From contig OZ249436.1 of the NCBI GenBank assembly GCA_965235115.1, positions 4,528,001-4,588,000 on the forward strand: DNA of 60,000 nt, written 5' to 3'. The notes under the pieces were generated by a model. The model worked only from the letters and a program-made list of their open reading frames with translations. It searched no databases and was not told the DNA's origin. The position numbers and the translations under genes are program-made. Source of the stretch: Laetmonice hystrix. Taxonomy: Eukaryota. Of the stretch, positions 49,736-60,000 are shown in pieces (within the stretch, counting starts at the first letter, position 1; every line of letters starts with the position of its first letter).

Positions 49736-51920
49736 GCCCCCTCTCCACTAAGCCGATATCTGAAGCGATAACAGGGGCGAAAAAGTTCGCTTCTAGATCG
49801 CCTTAGTGGAGATGGTTCTCGGTTGAGGTTCGCCCGGTCGCCTGAAGATCGGTTGAAGATCGCTTCGCCAACCGATAACATTAAACTCCAAAACCCGTCT
49901 CCACTAAGCCGAAATCTGAAGCGATAACAGGAGCGAAAAAGTTCGCTTCTAGATCGCCTGCATGAGCCGAACTTCGCCTTAGTGGAGATGGTTCTCGGTT
50001 GAGCATCGCCCGGTCGCCTGAAGGTCGGTTCACGATCGCTCCGCCAACCGATAACATTAAACTTGTTTAATGTTCTCGGTTCTGAATCGGCTGATCGGCG
50101 CGTTCGCTTCAGTTTCCACTAGGCCTAGTCTTCTCAGCTAAGTGGTGTGTGCAAGGACCTGTAGGTGTCGCTAAAAGTATGTCACGTGACGCAATTCTTC
50201 TTTCGGCAATACAAAATATGACCGCGTGACAAGATGGTTCGAACAGCAAGAAATGTGCAAGGAAAGACGATCATTACCGAATATGGAAAGCGTAAAAAAG
50301 AATATTCGAAATCGAACTGCAGCATCTGTAGCACATAAAAAAGGAAGAGATGGGCCATCAGGGCGGAACCATCAAGGGAGGGGCCCGATGTCAGTCCAGA
50401 TTGTGCAGTGGCGTCCCTACGACAGGGTAGCGCCGACAATAGTTGTGAAGTACAACTCCACCCAGGATCACTTTATCCACATTTCTTGATATCATTTCGA
50501 TTTCGCGCCGAAAAATACTGAATTTTGTTGGACCATTCATATAATCATGGAATGTGGATTGGCGCCAGATCTGACCCCCCCCCCCCCCCATCACTGGCTC
50601 TTCCCTCCCCGCCAACATCGTCGAAGATAAATTAGATTTTAGATTTTAAAGAAATTTTACTCATAAATACTTTGATCCAATTCATGGGGCCATGCAAAAT
50701 TTTATTTCTGTACTCCAAATAGTTTTAGAGATATGGCTTTTTAAATTGTTCACCCCTTGGACCCTTTCCAGACCTAAGTTTCGCTTATTTTCGTGCCGAT
50801 TTTGAGGACCTATAACAGCACAATTATAAGAGTGAGTATTCCCATATTTTATTAACTTACTGTCCTTGGTAGGTATATGCAAAATACAAGACAACAGGTT
50901 CATCCTGGGAATATTGTTTCTGTACGAGTGGTGCCAAAATGGCGTTTTGGCCAATTTTTACCTAAAATATTTAGCTGTGCAACAGGGTTTTTCCCATTTG
51001 AAAAGGCATATTTTCTTTAATTCTTTATAGATCTTCACAAAACTTTCAGGGAATGCTCACAGGCCATATTCCTATATAATCATAGTCCAAAATAGTTCAT
51101 TTATGCTAAAATTCCTAGTTCTTTGACCTTAAGCATACTGATATCCGACTTTTTGGAGTAGATGGATATTTCTGAAAGTTTAAAGTGCTCTAAAAAAGCT
51201 AGTTTTCAATATTTTTACTTCAAATTTGGCACATGGATAGTCTATGGGGGGTTCTTTTAAGAAAATATATTACAAGTTTCGAACTTGGAATAGATCTTTA
51301 ATGAAGTCCTATCAAAAATGGCAAAAAAATGAAAAATATGGTATCAGGCCCCACATTTGAAAAATTGTCACACAAAAGGGATTGAGAGCACAGTTTCCAA
51401 ACTTTTTTCAAATAATAAGGACATACATATGTACAGTTGACAAAAAAATCAGTAATGTGCTAGCTTTCCTTCCAGTCTTTAATGCATCATGAATACAGCC
51501 ATTTTTTTGACATTCGCAGGTGGGTCATTCCATGTTGAACCAATGGCAAAAAAGTTGATGTCTCCGAATTTCTTGAAATTGTAACCACATATTTGACAGC
51601 CATATTTGGCCACCTCTGCAAAATTGCAGCTGGGTAACCCCAGAGTAGTTCCCAGGGGACGTGGCTATTGGGTACACCGATAACGATAAACGATAATGTT
51701 CGCGGCGGGCAGTGGAGACGCCTTTCGGTTCAGTATCGTTCGTTCGCTTCACCAAGCGATTTCTATCTTTCCGATTTATCGGATGATCGCCTTAGTGGAG
51801 CAGGCAGTGGAGACGCCTTTCGGTTCAATATCGTTCGTTCGCTTCACCCAAGCGATTTCCATCCGATGACAGCAAAGATCGGCTTGTCGCTTTATCGGAT
51901 GATCGCCTTAGTGGAGAGCC
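49735..51920. mobile_element. Harbinger-like MITE with duplicated ends, split by nested transposon fragments
   Basis: CTCTCCACTAAGCCGATA (left; ~160-bp block duplicated 49741/49898) and ATCGCCTTAGTGGAGAGCC (right; block duplicated ~51708/51803); interior holds an AT-rich TE-like body (50640-51520) and a Sola2-like end GGGTCATTCCATG at 51522. Confidence 0.6.
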
Positions 51921-52027
51921 TACATTAGTTAACGGAGGAAAAGTGAATTTTACTTTAAATTAGGGAGTTTAAATAATTAGAATGAGCTGTCTTTCATGTC
52001 AGTCTCACATTATGCGATCCAGTAGAA

Positions 52028-53046
52028 GACAATTTCCCTTGCGACGGCCACGTGATTTTGTTTTTAATGGTGGAATTTCACTCTGAAATTTTCCTGGCTG
52101 GCCTTTCCTGTCTCTGAAAATGGGTTCCATCCTTTAATCTCAAAATGGGTTCCATCCTTTAATCTCAAAATCACAGTAAAATAAACAGGTGTAACGCCAA
52201 ATGAATCTACCGCATATGTACAAACTACTTTCCGTCAAATGTAAAAAAAGAAAAGATTACGCTAGTTTTGAAAAAAAATATTTTACTGCAGATGTGAAAA
52301 ACTTTTTCAAATGTAAAAAACCACTCCCAATCTAAGACGTTTCCCCTCACTTTTCTTACACCCTGTATGACCCACTGTCGCATGTTTTCGCCAATACTGC
52401 CCAATTTTATTCTGACGGATTGCCCCAAAAAATCTCAATTTGGGGGGCCCCCGTGACCCCTCGCCTCCTACGGCTATGGAGGGAGTATGGAATAGCCTAG
52501 GATAGATCTGGTGATCCGTTTTTTTTTCACATTTGGCGTAAAAGTAATTTTCTCTTTTTTTTTAACATTTGACGGAAGGTATAGTTTTCACATATAGATC
52601 TATGCGTCAGGAATAGCATAACAAGTAACCTAGCGATCTCTTGCCATATCGTGGGACCTACAAACAGAATAAATCTATCGCATGGACTGGCGGTGTTAAA
52701 CGAGATCGAATGTAATATATGCCGTGCACTATCGCAAGGAATTATTGGATAAGGACCTTCAGTGCTACCCGGCAGGGTACTGCCATTTTTACCCTGTTGA
52801 TAAAGACCCCGCGATACCATCGCTTGGCGGGGGCTCTCTATTCTTCATATCCCTGCCTGGTCCACCAAGGCGATTTCTCTTGCGACGTCCATGCGATTTT
52901 GACATCAACCATTTATTTTACTGTGATTTTGGGAATAAAGAATGGAACCCATTTCCAGAAACAGGGAAGGCCAGCCAGGAAAATTTCAGAGTGAAATTCT
53001 ACCGTTAAATCAAAAATCGCCTGACCGTCGGAAGGGAAATCGCCTT
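52028..53046. mobile_element. Two inverted copies of a MITE (52028-52190 partial; 52866-53046 with TIRs)
   Basis: GAATTTCACTCTGAAATTTTCCTGGCTGGCCTT...AAAATCACAGTAAAATAAA inverted at ~52910-53020; AAGGCGATTTCTCTTGCGACG / CGTCGGAAGGGAAATCGCCTT ends. Confidence 0.65.
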
Positions 53047-53048
53047 AA

Positions 53049-53911
53049 GGCCCAGTCACACTAGGGGATACCAGGGCCCGGTTTTTTTGTTTACTTTTCC
53101 ACCGTGAGCAAGGGTGAGCTGAGCTGAGCAAGGGTGAGCATGAGCTCATTCTCACCGTTTTCGTGCTTTTTTTGGTTGTTTTTTTCCATGAAGTGTGCTC
53201 ATGGCAAGCAAGCTCGCGGAAAAACACCTCAAAAAACGAAAACAGTGAGGAAAACGGTGAGCATGAGGTTCTGCTCACCCTTGCTCAGCTCAGCTCGGGC
53301 CCAGGGGTTACGACGGGTTTGTGAGTACCTACGATGAGCAAACGCAATAAATCGCTGTATATCTTAAATAATTCGTGCGATAGGTCATGAGTGATCGTGG
53401 GAGGTCGGGAGGTGAAATTTGTCGTAGCGCGGATTTTGAGCATGTTCAAAATCCAATCTCTATACGACTTTGAACATGTCTACGATTTTTTACCTTCTTA
53501 CATAGTCGTGCGATGGTCCTGCGATGGTCAGGGGTGGTCGTGCCTTATCGTGGCTGGTGACAGTCGCACAGTCATCACAAAACCATCGCACAACTTGTCC
53601 TGCGACTAGTTGCTATTGCACAGCTATTCCTACGACTATCGCACGAGTAAACCTGAACATTCGTACGATTGTTCCTTGACAATCGTAGGTAATCTTAGGT
53701 AATCGCACGCTTTGTCTGGATAATTCCTACGAGAAATCCTATGAGCATTCGTGCAACGGATCACAACATGGTCGCAAACTAATCTTTAGTGTGTGACCGC
53801 TATCTCATAATCGTAGAGCGATTCCACGACAGGCTCCCGATACCTCACGGTCCCCGATTACCCCTGCCTATTGTGCGATCCAAAATTCGTACGACTAGAT
53901 GTGACTGGGGC
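53049..53911. mobile_element. Harbinger-like (TWA-target) MITE hosting a CWG-target MITE
   Basis: TAA|GGCCCAGTCACACTAG ... CTAGATGTGACTGGGGC|TTA; CGAT/ATCG-rich interior. Confidence 0.7.
53075..53300. mobile_element. CWG-target MITE of the same family as 17613-20143, without repeat expansion
   Basis: CAG|GGCCCGGTTTTTTTGTTTACTTTTCCACCGTGAGCAAGGGTGAGC ... CTCACCCTTGCTCAGCTCAGCTCGGGCC|CAG. Confidence 0.75.
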
Positions 53912-53998
53912 TTAGTGGATCAGGGCCTCGGCGGCAAAGGTTGAAAAAGAACCGGAGAAAACAATCGAAAGATGGAGGTCCTATTCCACCAACTCCAC

Positions 53999-54146
53999 CA
54001 CGTGATAGGCCTATATAAATATCACCTCCGAGAGGAGACAGGTGCTGTCGATCACGTGATATATAAATATCACCTCCGAGAGGAGACAGGTGCTGTCGAT
54101 CACGTGATATATAAATATCACCTCCAAGAGGAGACAGGTGCTGTCG
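53999..54146. repeat. 48-bp tandem repeat, 3 copies
   Basis: TATAAATATCACCTCCGAGAGGAGACAGGTGCTGTCGATCACGTGATA repeated. Confidence 0.92.
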
Positions 54147-54961
54147 TTCAGTTGTGGATGAGTAATGTTCTCCGTCATGGTCGCGCTGTACTTTTAGTCC
54201 GCTAACTCCCCATCCTGGGCACATGTCGTTTAATCATGGTCGAGTTTGCTCAGGTGTAACTCGAAGGGTAAATATCTTTATTATTACAACACACATATTG
54301 CAGTCTGGAACTCTGGAACAGTACTAGTGGCGCACTGGCCTCCTCATTGCACTAATGATGCCTCATTAAGACAAAGCAATTAACTAAACCTCCTCGCAAG
54401 ACAATAGAAATCCGTAATGACAAAACAGCACAATGAACTAAATCTGTGCCACAAATCAAGGAGAAGTCAAGGAGGCGATTTACATTTTGATCAATTGAGT
54501 GCCCGGACAAGAACTCAGAAATAATATTGAAATAAATCAAGATGCATTGTATTAATGATAATCCCCAAAAGCTCATTTTTAATTAACTGAAAACTGAGGC
54601 CTAGACTATTAACAACCCTTGGAACGCCTTGAAATCCAGTCAATTTTACAATATGTATCCAATCATTTATTAATTACCCCAGAACAGCACTGAAAAATTG
54701 ATATTATTTCTTATACAGACCTTCTGGTCTGATTGCACCATCTGTGTACTCGATGCCATGCAGAAATAAATTACTACTGACTAGTCTGACTTCTACGGAA
54801 AATCAGCTTTTAATATTCAAAAAGGAAACCGTCGCTTGCAGATCCCTTAATACAATCAGGACTGAGACTGGCACTGCCCTGACTTTGTCCATGACGTAAG
54901 CGGCTCTGTGGCAGGCGGTATGCGCGCGCACCATACCGACCACGTTTCTGCGTAGCTGCAT

Positions 54962-55066
54962 GGTGCGTTTCACAACCTGTCGTTAGCTTGTTGTATCGTT
55001 AACACCAATGTATTTTCAATGGGGATTTTAACGCACGACAGGATAACGATGGTTGTGAAACGCACC
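54962..55066. mobile_element. Small Harbinger-like MITE
   Basis: Perfect 16-bp TIR GGTGCGTTTCACAACC / GGTTGTGAAACGCACC. Confidence 0.7.
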
Positions 55067-55225
55067 CACATTCCAACACGTCAGAGTTCTAGTCCTTTCG
55101 TCCATGATCGTTGAAATATACAGCAGTAGCCTGGTTCCCGGTCCTCTCGCTCGGGGTCGCTGGCAGCCGGGTACCAGCTCAATGATAGCAGCAACTGCTA
55201 TCATGCCGGACTAATGAGGCTAAAA

Positions 55226-55523
55226 CCTGCCCATCCCCTGTCCCTGCCCCTGCTCCTGCCCCATCCCCTGTCCCTGCCCCTGCCCCATCCCCGGTCCCTG
55301 CCCCTGCCCTTGCCCCAGCCCTGCCCCTGCCCTGCCCCTGCCCCTGCCCTGCCCCTGCCCCTGCCCCTGCCCCTGCCCCTGCCCCTGCCCCGGTCCCTGC
55401 TCCTGCCCCTGACCCAGCCCCTGTCCATCCCCGGTCCCTGCCCCAGCCCCTGCCCAGCCCCTGCCCCAGCCCCTGCCCCAGCCCCTGCCCCTGCCCCTGC
55501 CCCTGCCCCTGCCCCTGCCCCTG
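55226..55523. repeat. (CCCTGC)n degenerate hexamer repeat; (GGGGCA)n on the minus strand
   Basis: Simple repeat; explains the Gly/Arg/Pro-rich ORFs. Confidence 0.95.
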
Positions 55524-56210
55524 TGATCCACGTGATAATTGTGCGATTAAAAACTGTAACAACTAAATATTACATTAAGGAGCGCGTGCATTGAGAGCCA
55601 GACGAGCTCAAGCTTACAGACTTCGAGAGAATCACGATAACTAATTGGATGACACATGACAAAAATGGCGCGCCAGCAGTATTCAATCGTGCCGGGAGGG
55701 GGCGCTATTCCGTCAATCAGTTGAGTTACATCTTGCCACTGATTACAGTGGACCACGTTCTCCAGAAACGGGAATTCACACGTCCTGGCTGTTATCCCTT
55801 CTGACTCCACATCAACGCCTTCTCATTCGTCCTTTGATGTCAAGCTGTCGGGACATTTACTTTGTTGTCCAGAAAATAAGATTCCCCGATCTCAACACAC
55901 TTTCAGTTCGTCGTGCAATCACCGTGGCTTTGGAAAATACAAATTGACTATTTTTCTGTTGGCTCGGAATAGATATCTTTTTTCTGACCAACACCGACAC
56001 TGCTACCAATGTGACATCTTCTCTGTCAAATAAAGAAGAAACGAAGGAAACGGACACTGAAGAACAATATTATTTTTGGAGTCGATACTTAATGATCGCC
56101 ATCAGTTCATGCGAGTTGTACGTCTAGACTTGAGAGGATTGTCTTCTTGTAGTATTCCATGGCGAATAAACATGCAACCAATTAAACCTGCCTTTTCACA
56201 TAAATTTATA

Positions 56211-56398
56211 GCAGGCACGGCCGTAGCCAGGACTTCCAATGGAGTGGGTCGTTTCGGGAAAAAGTAGACCTTTTGAAGGATTTGACTATTTTATAAAGAA
56301 AAGTGGGCGTTTTGGGTGAAAATAGACTTAGGCTTACTGGGAGGGGGTCGTCCTACTACCCCCCCCCCACCCCCACCCACCCAGACTATACGGGCCTG
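56211..56398. mobile_element. hAT-like MITE (degenerate)
   Basis: CAGGCACGGCCGTAGCCAGG ... poly-C..CTATACGGGCCTG ends; TSD not clear. Confidence 0.45.
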
Positions 56399-56835
56399 TA
56401 GATGTGTCTGACAGGCCTACATGCGTACAGCTCTATACATTTAAGGAACTCTAAACGGATTTGTTGGGCTTGAAGACAGCAACTTCTACAGACATTTGGC
56501 CATACAAAGAGAAGCACGCAAGTTTTCCACGGTGCCCCCTGTAATTAGAAAGACATACTACCGCCAAACAAGCTTCCTTCATGCAGACTGACTTCGTGAC
56601 ATCATGACTTGGCTTGTTATTGAGCAGACAGATCAGCGGACCGTCTGCAGTCAAAGCACTTTGTGACACCCAGGCCTCCCTGACACGCTATCATCTACAC
56701 GCTATCACAGCAGTCAGGGGAAACTGAATTAGGCCTATACCCCCCCCCCCCCGCCCCCCGCCTCCATAAGGAAAAAGGGGATTTTTTTTAATAGAATATC
56801 AAGGGTTAATGATATGGTACATAATTATATCGACA

Positions 56836-57191
56836 AGGTTAATCTAGGGCATTCCGCATGTCTTAATGTTAAACCGTCGAAGGTATAGACCTATAGGGCA
56901 TTCCGCATGTCTTAATATTAAACCGTCGAAGGTATAGACCTATATGGGTTAATATAGGGCATTCCGCATGTCTTAATGTTAAACTGTCGAAGGTATAGAC
57001 CTATATGGGTTAATCCAGGGCATTCCGCATGTCTTAATGTTAAGCCATCGAAGGTATAGACGTATATAGGTTAATCTAGGGCATTCCGCATGTCTTAATG
57101 TTAAGCCATCGAAGGTATAGACGTATATAGGTTAATCTAGGGCATTCCGCATGTCTTAATGTTAAACCGTCGAAGGTAAAGACCTATATGG
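56836..57191. repeat. Minisatellite, ~61-bp unit, ~6 copies
   Basis: GGGCATTCCGCATGTCTTAATGTTAAACCGTCGAAGGTATAGACCTATATGGGTTAATCTA repeated. Confidence 0.95.
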
Positions 57192-57220
57192 AGAGGTCAT
57201 TATGATTATGACAACTTTAA

Positions 57221-57495
57221 GGCTGAGAATACACCTCTGAGACGTTGCGTCGACGCATGCGGTAACGCACGCGCCATCGCAATGGTAGGTGCTCACATTA
57301 TATGCGTTTTTTGCTGCGATAGAGGGTGCGTATACTGAATCTGAATGACGTAAAATATCTTCGCGACACCGCACAGCGACAAGGCAACGCAGTGCGAATG
57401 GTGCGATCAATCCTTCTCTTTTCAGTTTGTTCAATAGCTTGCGACAACGCTAATGCGATTCGCATTGCGAAATCAGCTTAGGTGTATTCCTACCC
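57221..57495. mobile_element. Harbinger-like MITE
   Basis: TAA|GGCTGAGAATACACCT ... AGGTGTATTCCTACCC|TAA; another Harbinger-like left end (AGCCGGTCATACAC) follows at 57499. Confidence 0.6.
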
Positions 57496-57739
57496 TAAAG
57501 CCGGTCATACACGTATCGACCCGACTCAACTCAACTCCAGCCCCCCCCCCCCCCTCTGTCCCAATCACAGCCAGGTGGGGTCGGTTGGCGTCGAGTTGAG
57601 GGAGGCGGTATTGATTTTTAAGGCATAAGAACGACAGTGAATCGATGACGTCATAATCACTTACCGGTTTGGTTTACGTACAAATATTTGTGATGAACAT
57701 TTGTTGTCTGTTTATATCATTTTTATAAGCATCTCATTC

Positions 57740-58260
57740 CAAACAAGGTAACCAGAGCGATTACCAAGTGGGGGGCAGACTTATCCTATACGTATAGAAA
57801 ATCATCATCAATGGAGAAAAATCTTCAGAATGTCATACATAGCTGAGCACTCTACTAGATTACAGAGTTTCCAATACAAAGTTATCCATCGGTTCCTTGC
57901 TTGTAGATAAAAGCGTTGTAAATCCAGTAAATGCGACTATTGTGAAGAGATGGATACTGTACAACATGCTCTGACTGACTGCCCGGTTGTCTATAAATTC
58001 TGGAGGGCACTTGTGACCTGGTGGCGGAATATTACCGGTACAGAATTTCTAAACCTCGAAGAGCAATAATTTTATTATTGATTATCCGCATATATATCCA
58101 CATATGACAGATGACCTGTATAGTTTACTTAATAATTTATTGCTACATGTCAAACAATATTATATTCAGAGGATACACGGTAAAAACATTATTGACTTAT
58201 GCCTTCTTGATTATGTATCAATTTCGCTGTTTCGATTTTTCTTAAATGTCTTAATTACTA
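57740..58260 (+). mobile_element. Decayed 3' fragment of an L1/Tx1-clade LINE ORF2 (zf-RVT/CCHC region)
   Basis: From 57812: WRKIFRMSYIAEHSTRLQSFQYKVIHRFLACR*KRCKSSKCDYCEEMDTVQHALTDCPVVYKFWRALVTWW, then LLNNLLLHVKQYYI; matches the L1/Tx1 'FQYKILHR..CxxC..ET.EH.F..C...FW' pattern; stops and frameshifts present. Confidence 0.85.
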
Positions 58261-59488
58261 AAAAGAGATGCAGGTTTGTGGGGACAAAAGCGAGTTGGTA
58301 CTACTGGGGACAAGCAATAAAAATTGCAGCTTACAAAGGGTTTTGGGAGAGGTGAGAAAAACGTTGTGGGGACATCGAGAGTTCCGCCTTGAGAGGACAG
58401 TCGCTGCAAGATTGTTTCTCTCACCTGTGTTAACCATTTCATGTGGAAATATACGCACTCCTCTAATAAATTCTTGTGCTATAAATACCAGGTGGTGTCC
58501 ATTGTCCAGGTTTGTTTGTCACACCTCACGCCGGTGACTCTGTACGTCAGTCAGCCTACAGTCAACAGTTATACCTGTATGACACGGCCAGACATAATTG
58601 GTTGTGGCACCTTGACTTTATTTGGACAGGCAGGACGGTGGAAATGGTGTCTTGATTAATATGAAATACTGTTCTACCTGGGAAACCTTCTGATGTTTAA
58701 GTCGGTGTTCACTTATATTGCTTGGTGATAAAGAACCCACTAAAATACAGCCATGTAGGCAATTGGTTTTGGAGGGGAAACCCTAATTTGTATATAATTG
58801 GCTGTAATTATGTGGATCTTGACGCTGGGTGACAACTGTCGTATGCAGAACGTCGATGTCACGTGCCTCATTGTCCATGTTGCCCTAATTTTATCATTTT
58901 TATTAATATCTTGTAATAAAATCGACTTGCAGGACGAAACTATGGATGGTCGCCCCATTCGTAGTCCTCTAGACGGGATCTACAACTCCAAGGCTTTGGA
59001 TGCCGCCAGTAAAATGTTTTTATCTTACTAAAACAACGTGGTTGTGTTGGACACCACTCTGGAGGTCCAGCTTGACCTCCCCACTATATAAAGCCACGGA
59101 ACCACTGGTCACATGTACAGTGAATGGTCACGTCTGAAAGTATCGCTTAGATAGACTCGGGTCTGTCTCCCATGAACTGGCTGATGGGTCGGAAGGAGCT
59201 TGCATGGGTCCACGTTCGGTGGTAGTCTGGCAACACGTGCTGATGGTTCAAACACTGACAGTATGATGAGTCACACAGTGTCCACTTGGAGCCGGGAGGG
59301 TGCAAGGCTGAGAAAAGTGCGACATGACTCTTCTAAAGGGATGTAGCAATACAACCCGTTCCCCGTCAGTGGGTCGATCTGTGGCACAGTTCCGTATGGC
59401 GGCTACCATTGGGTTATCACGTGTTGTCTCAGACGCCAGATCTTCGAACGGTAGGATGAACGTATCTAGTCGACTAAGACCAAGTTCA

Positions 59489-59605
59489 CTTTTTTTTTCT
59501 TTTTTTTTCTTTTCTTTTTTATGTTCTCTCTCTGTCTTTCTGTCTCTCTCTCACCCCCTCTCTCTGTCTCTCTCTCTCTTTCTCCTCTCTCCCCTGTCTC
59601 TCTTT
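59489..59605. repeat. Polypyrimidine (T)n/(CT)n low-complexity tract
   Basis: Simple repeat. Confidence 0.9.
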
Positions 59606-60000
59606 GTCGAAGGTATAACTATAATGACGCAAAGCTATAACCCACTACGTGGTTTCACACGGATTGGGGAGAATGAGGGTGTATCTTGGAGTTGATGGCG
59701 GCCGGTGATGACATCCGGGTGTCACGTGACATCAACGTCTGCCCAGTGTTTTCTGTCAGCACTGTCTGATGACTACACTCCTATGATCTGTGTGTCGTGT
59801 TAACATTCAATGTGATTCGCTTATCATCATTCGTGAGAGAAACAAGTGACAGCGACATGATGAGAACTGCACACATTATATCAGCCGGTATTCTTCCCGA
59901 CGTTGATTTAGCCCATGTCCGCACCGTCCTTTCAAAGCCGAAACCATGAAAGTTATAATGTAAGCGAGCTATGTCTTCAACGACATACTTTAAATGTTAT

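Noticed and set aside
55179..55594. Gly/Arg/Gln- or Pro/Ala-rich ORFs
   Set aside because: Simple hexamer repeat
58798..59031. CNKIDL resembling the GTPase NKxD motif
   Set aside because: No G1/G3 motifs or other context; likely chance
59147..59308. Minus-strand LHPPGSKWTLCDSSYCQCLNH, vaguely VWC-like, after a TTTTCTCAG acceptor
   Set aside because: The Cys pattern does not continue and the frame soon stops; insufficient support

Overview
Eukaryotic (animal, probably marine invertebrate; species not determinable from sequence alone) intronic/intergenic DNA with no confidently recognisable intact protein-coding gene, RNA gene or CRISPR array. About one third of the window (my estimate, ~20 kb) consists of about 25 mutually unrelated, locally born minisatellite arrays (units mostly 12-70 bp), which explain almost all long ORFs in the ORF track. 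The rest is densely filled with short non-autonomous DNA transposons recognisable by TIRs and TSDs: four IS3EU-like (TAYGG ends, 6-bp TSD), many PIF/Harbinger-like, two Kolobok-like, Tc1/pogo-like, Sola2-like, ISL2EU-like, a Helentron/DINE-1-type HINE and a 1.25-kb long-TIR foldback, often nested. There is also a decayed L1/Tx1 LINE 3' fragment and a possible heavily decayed Ran-like GTPase retrocopy. The most notable signals are how the arrays appear to arise (units built from transposon ends, local flanks and, in one case, a 20-mer copied from 750 bp away) and a pair of oppositely oriented MITEs occupying equivalent CAG sites of a small tandem repeat.
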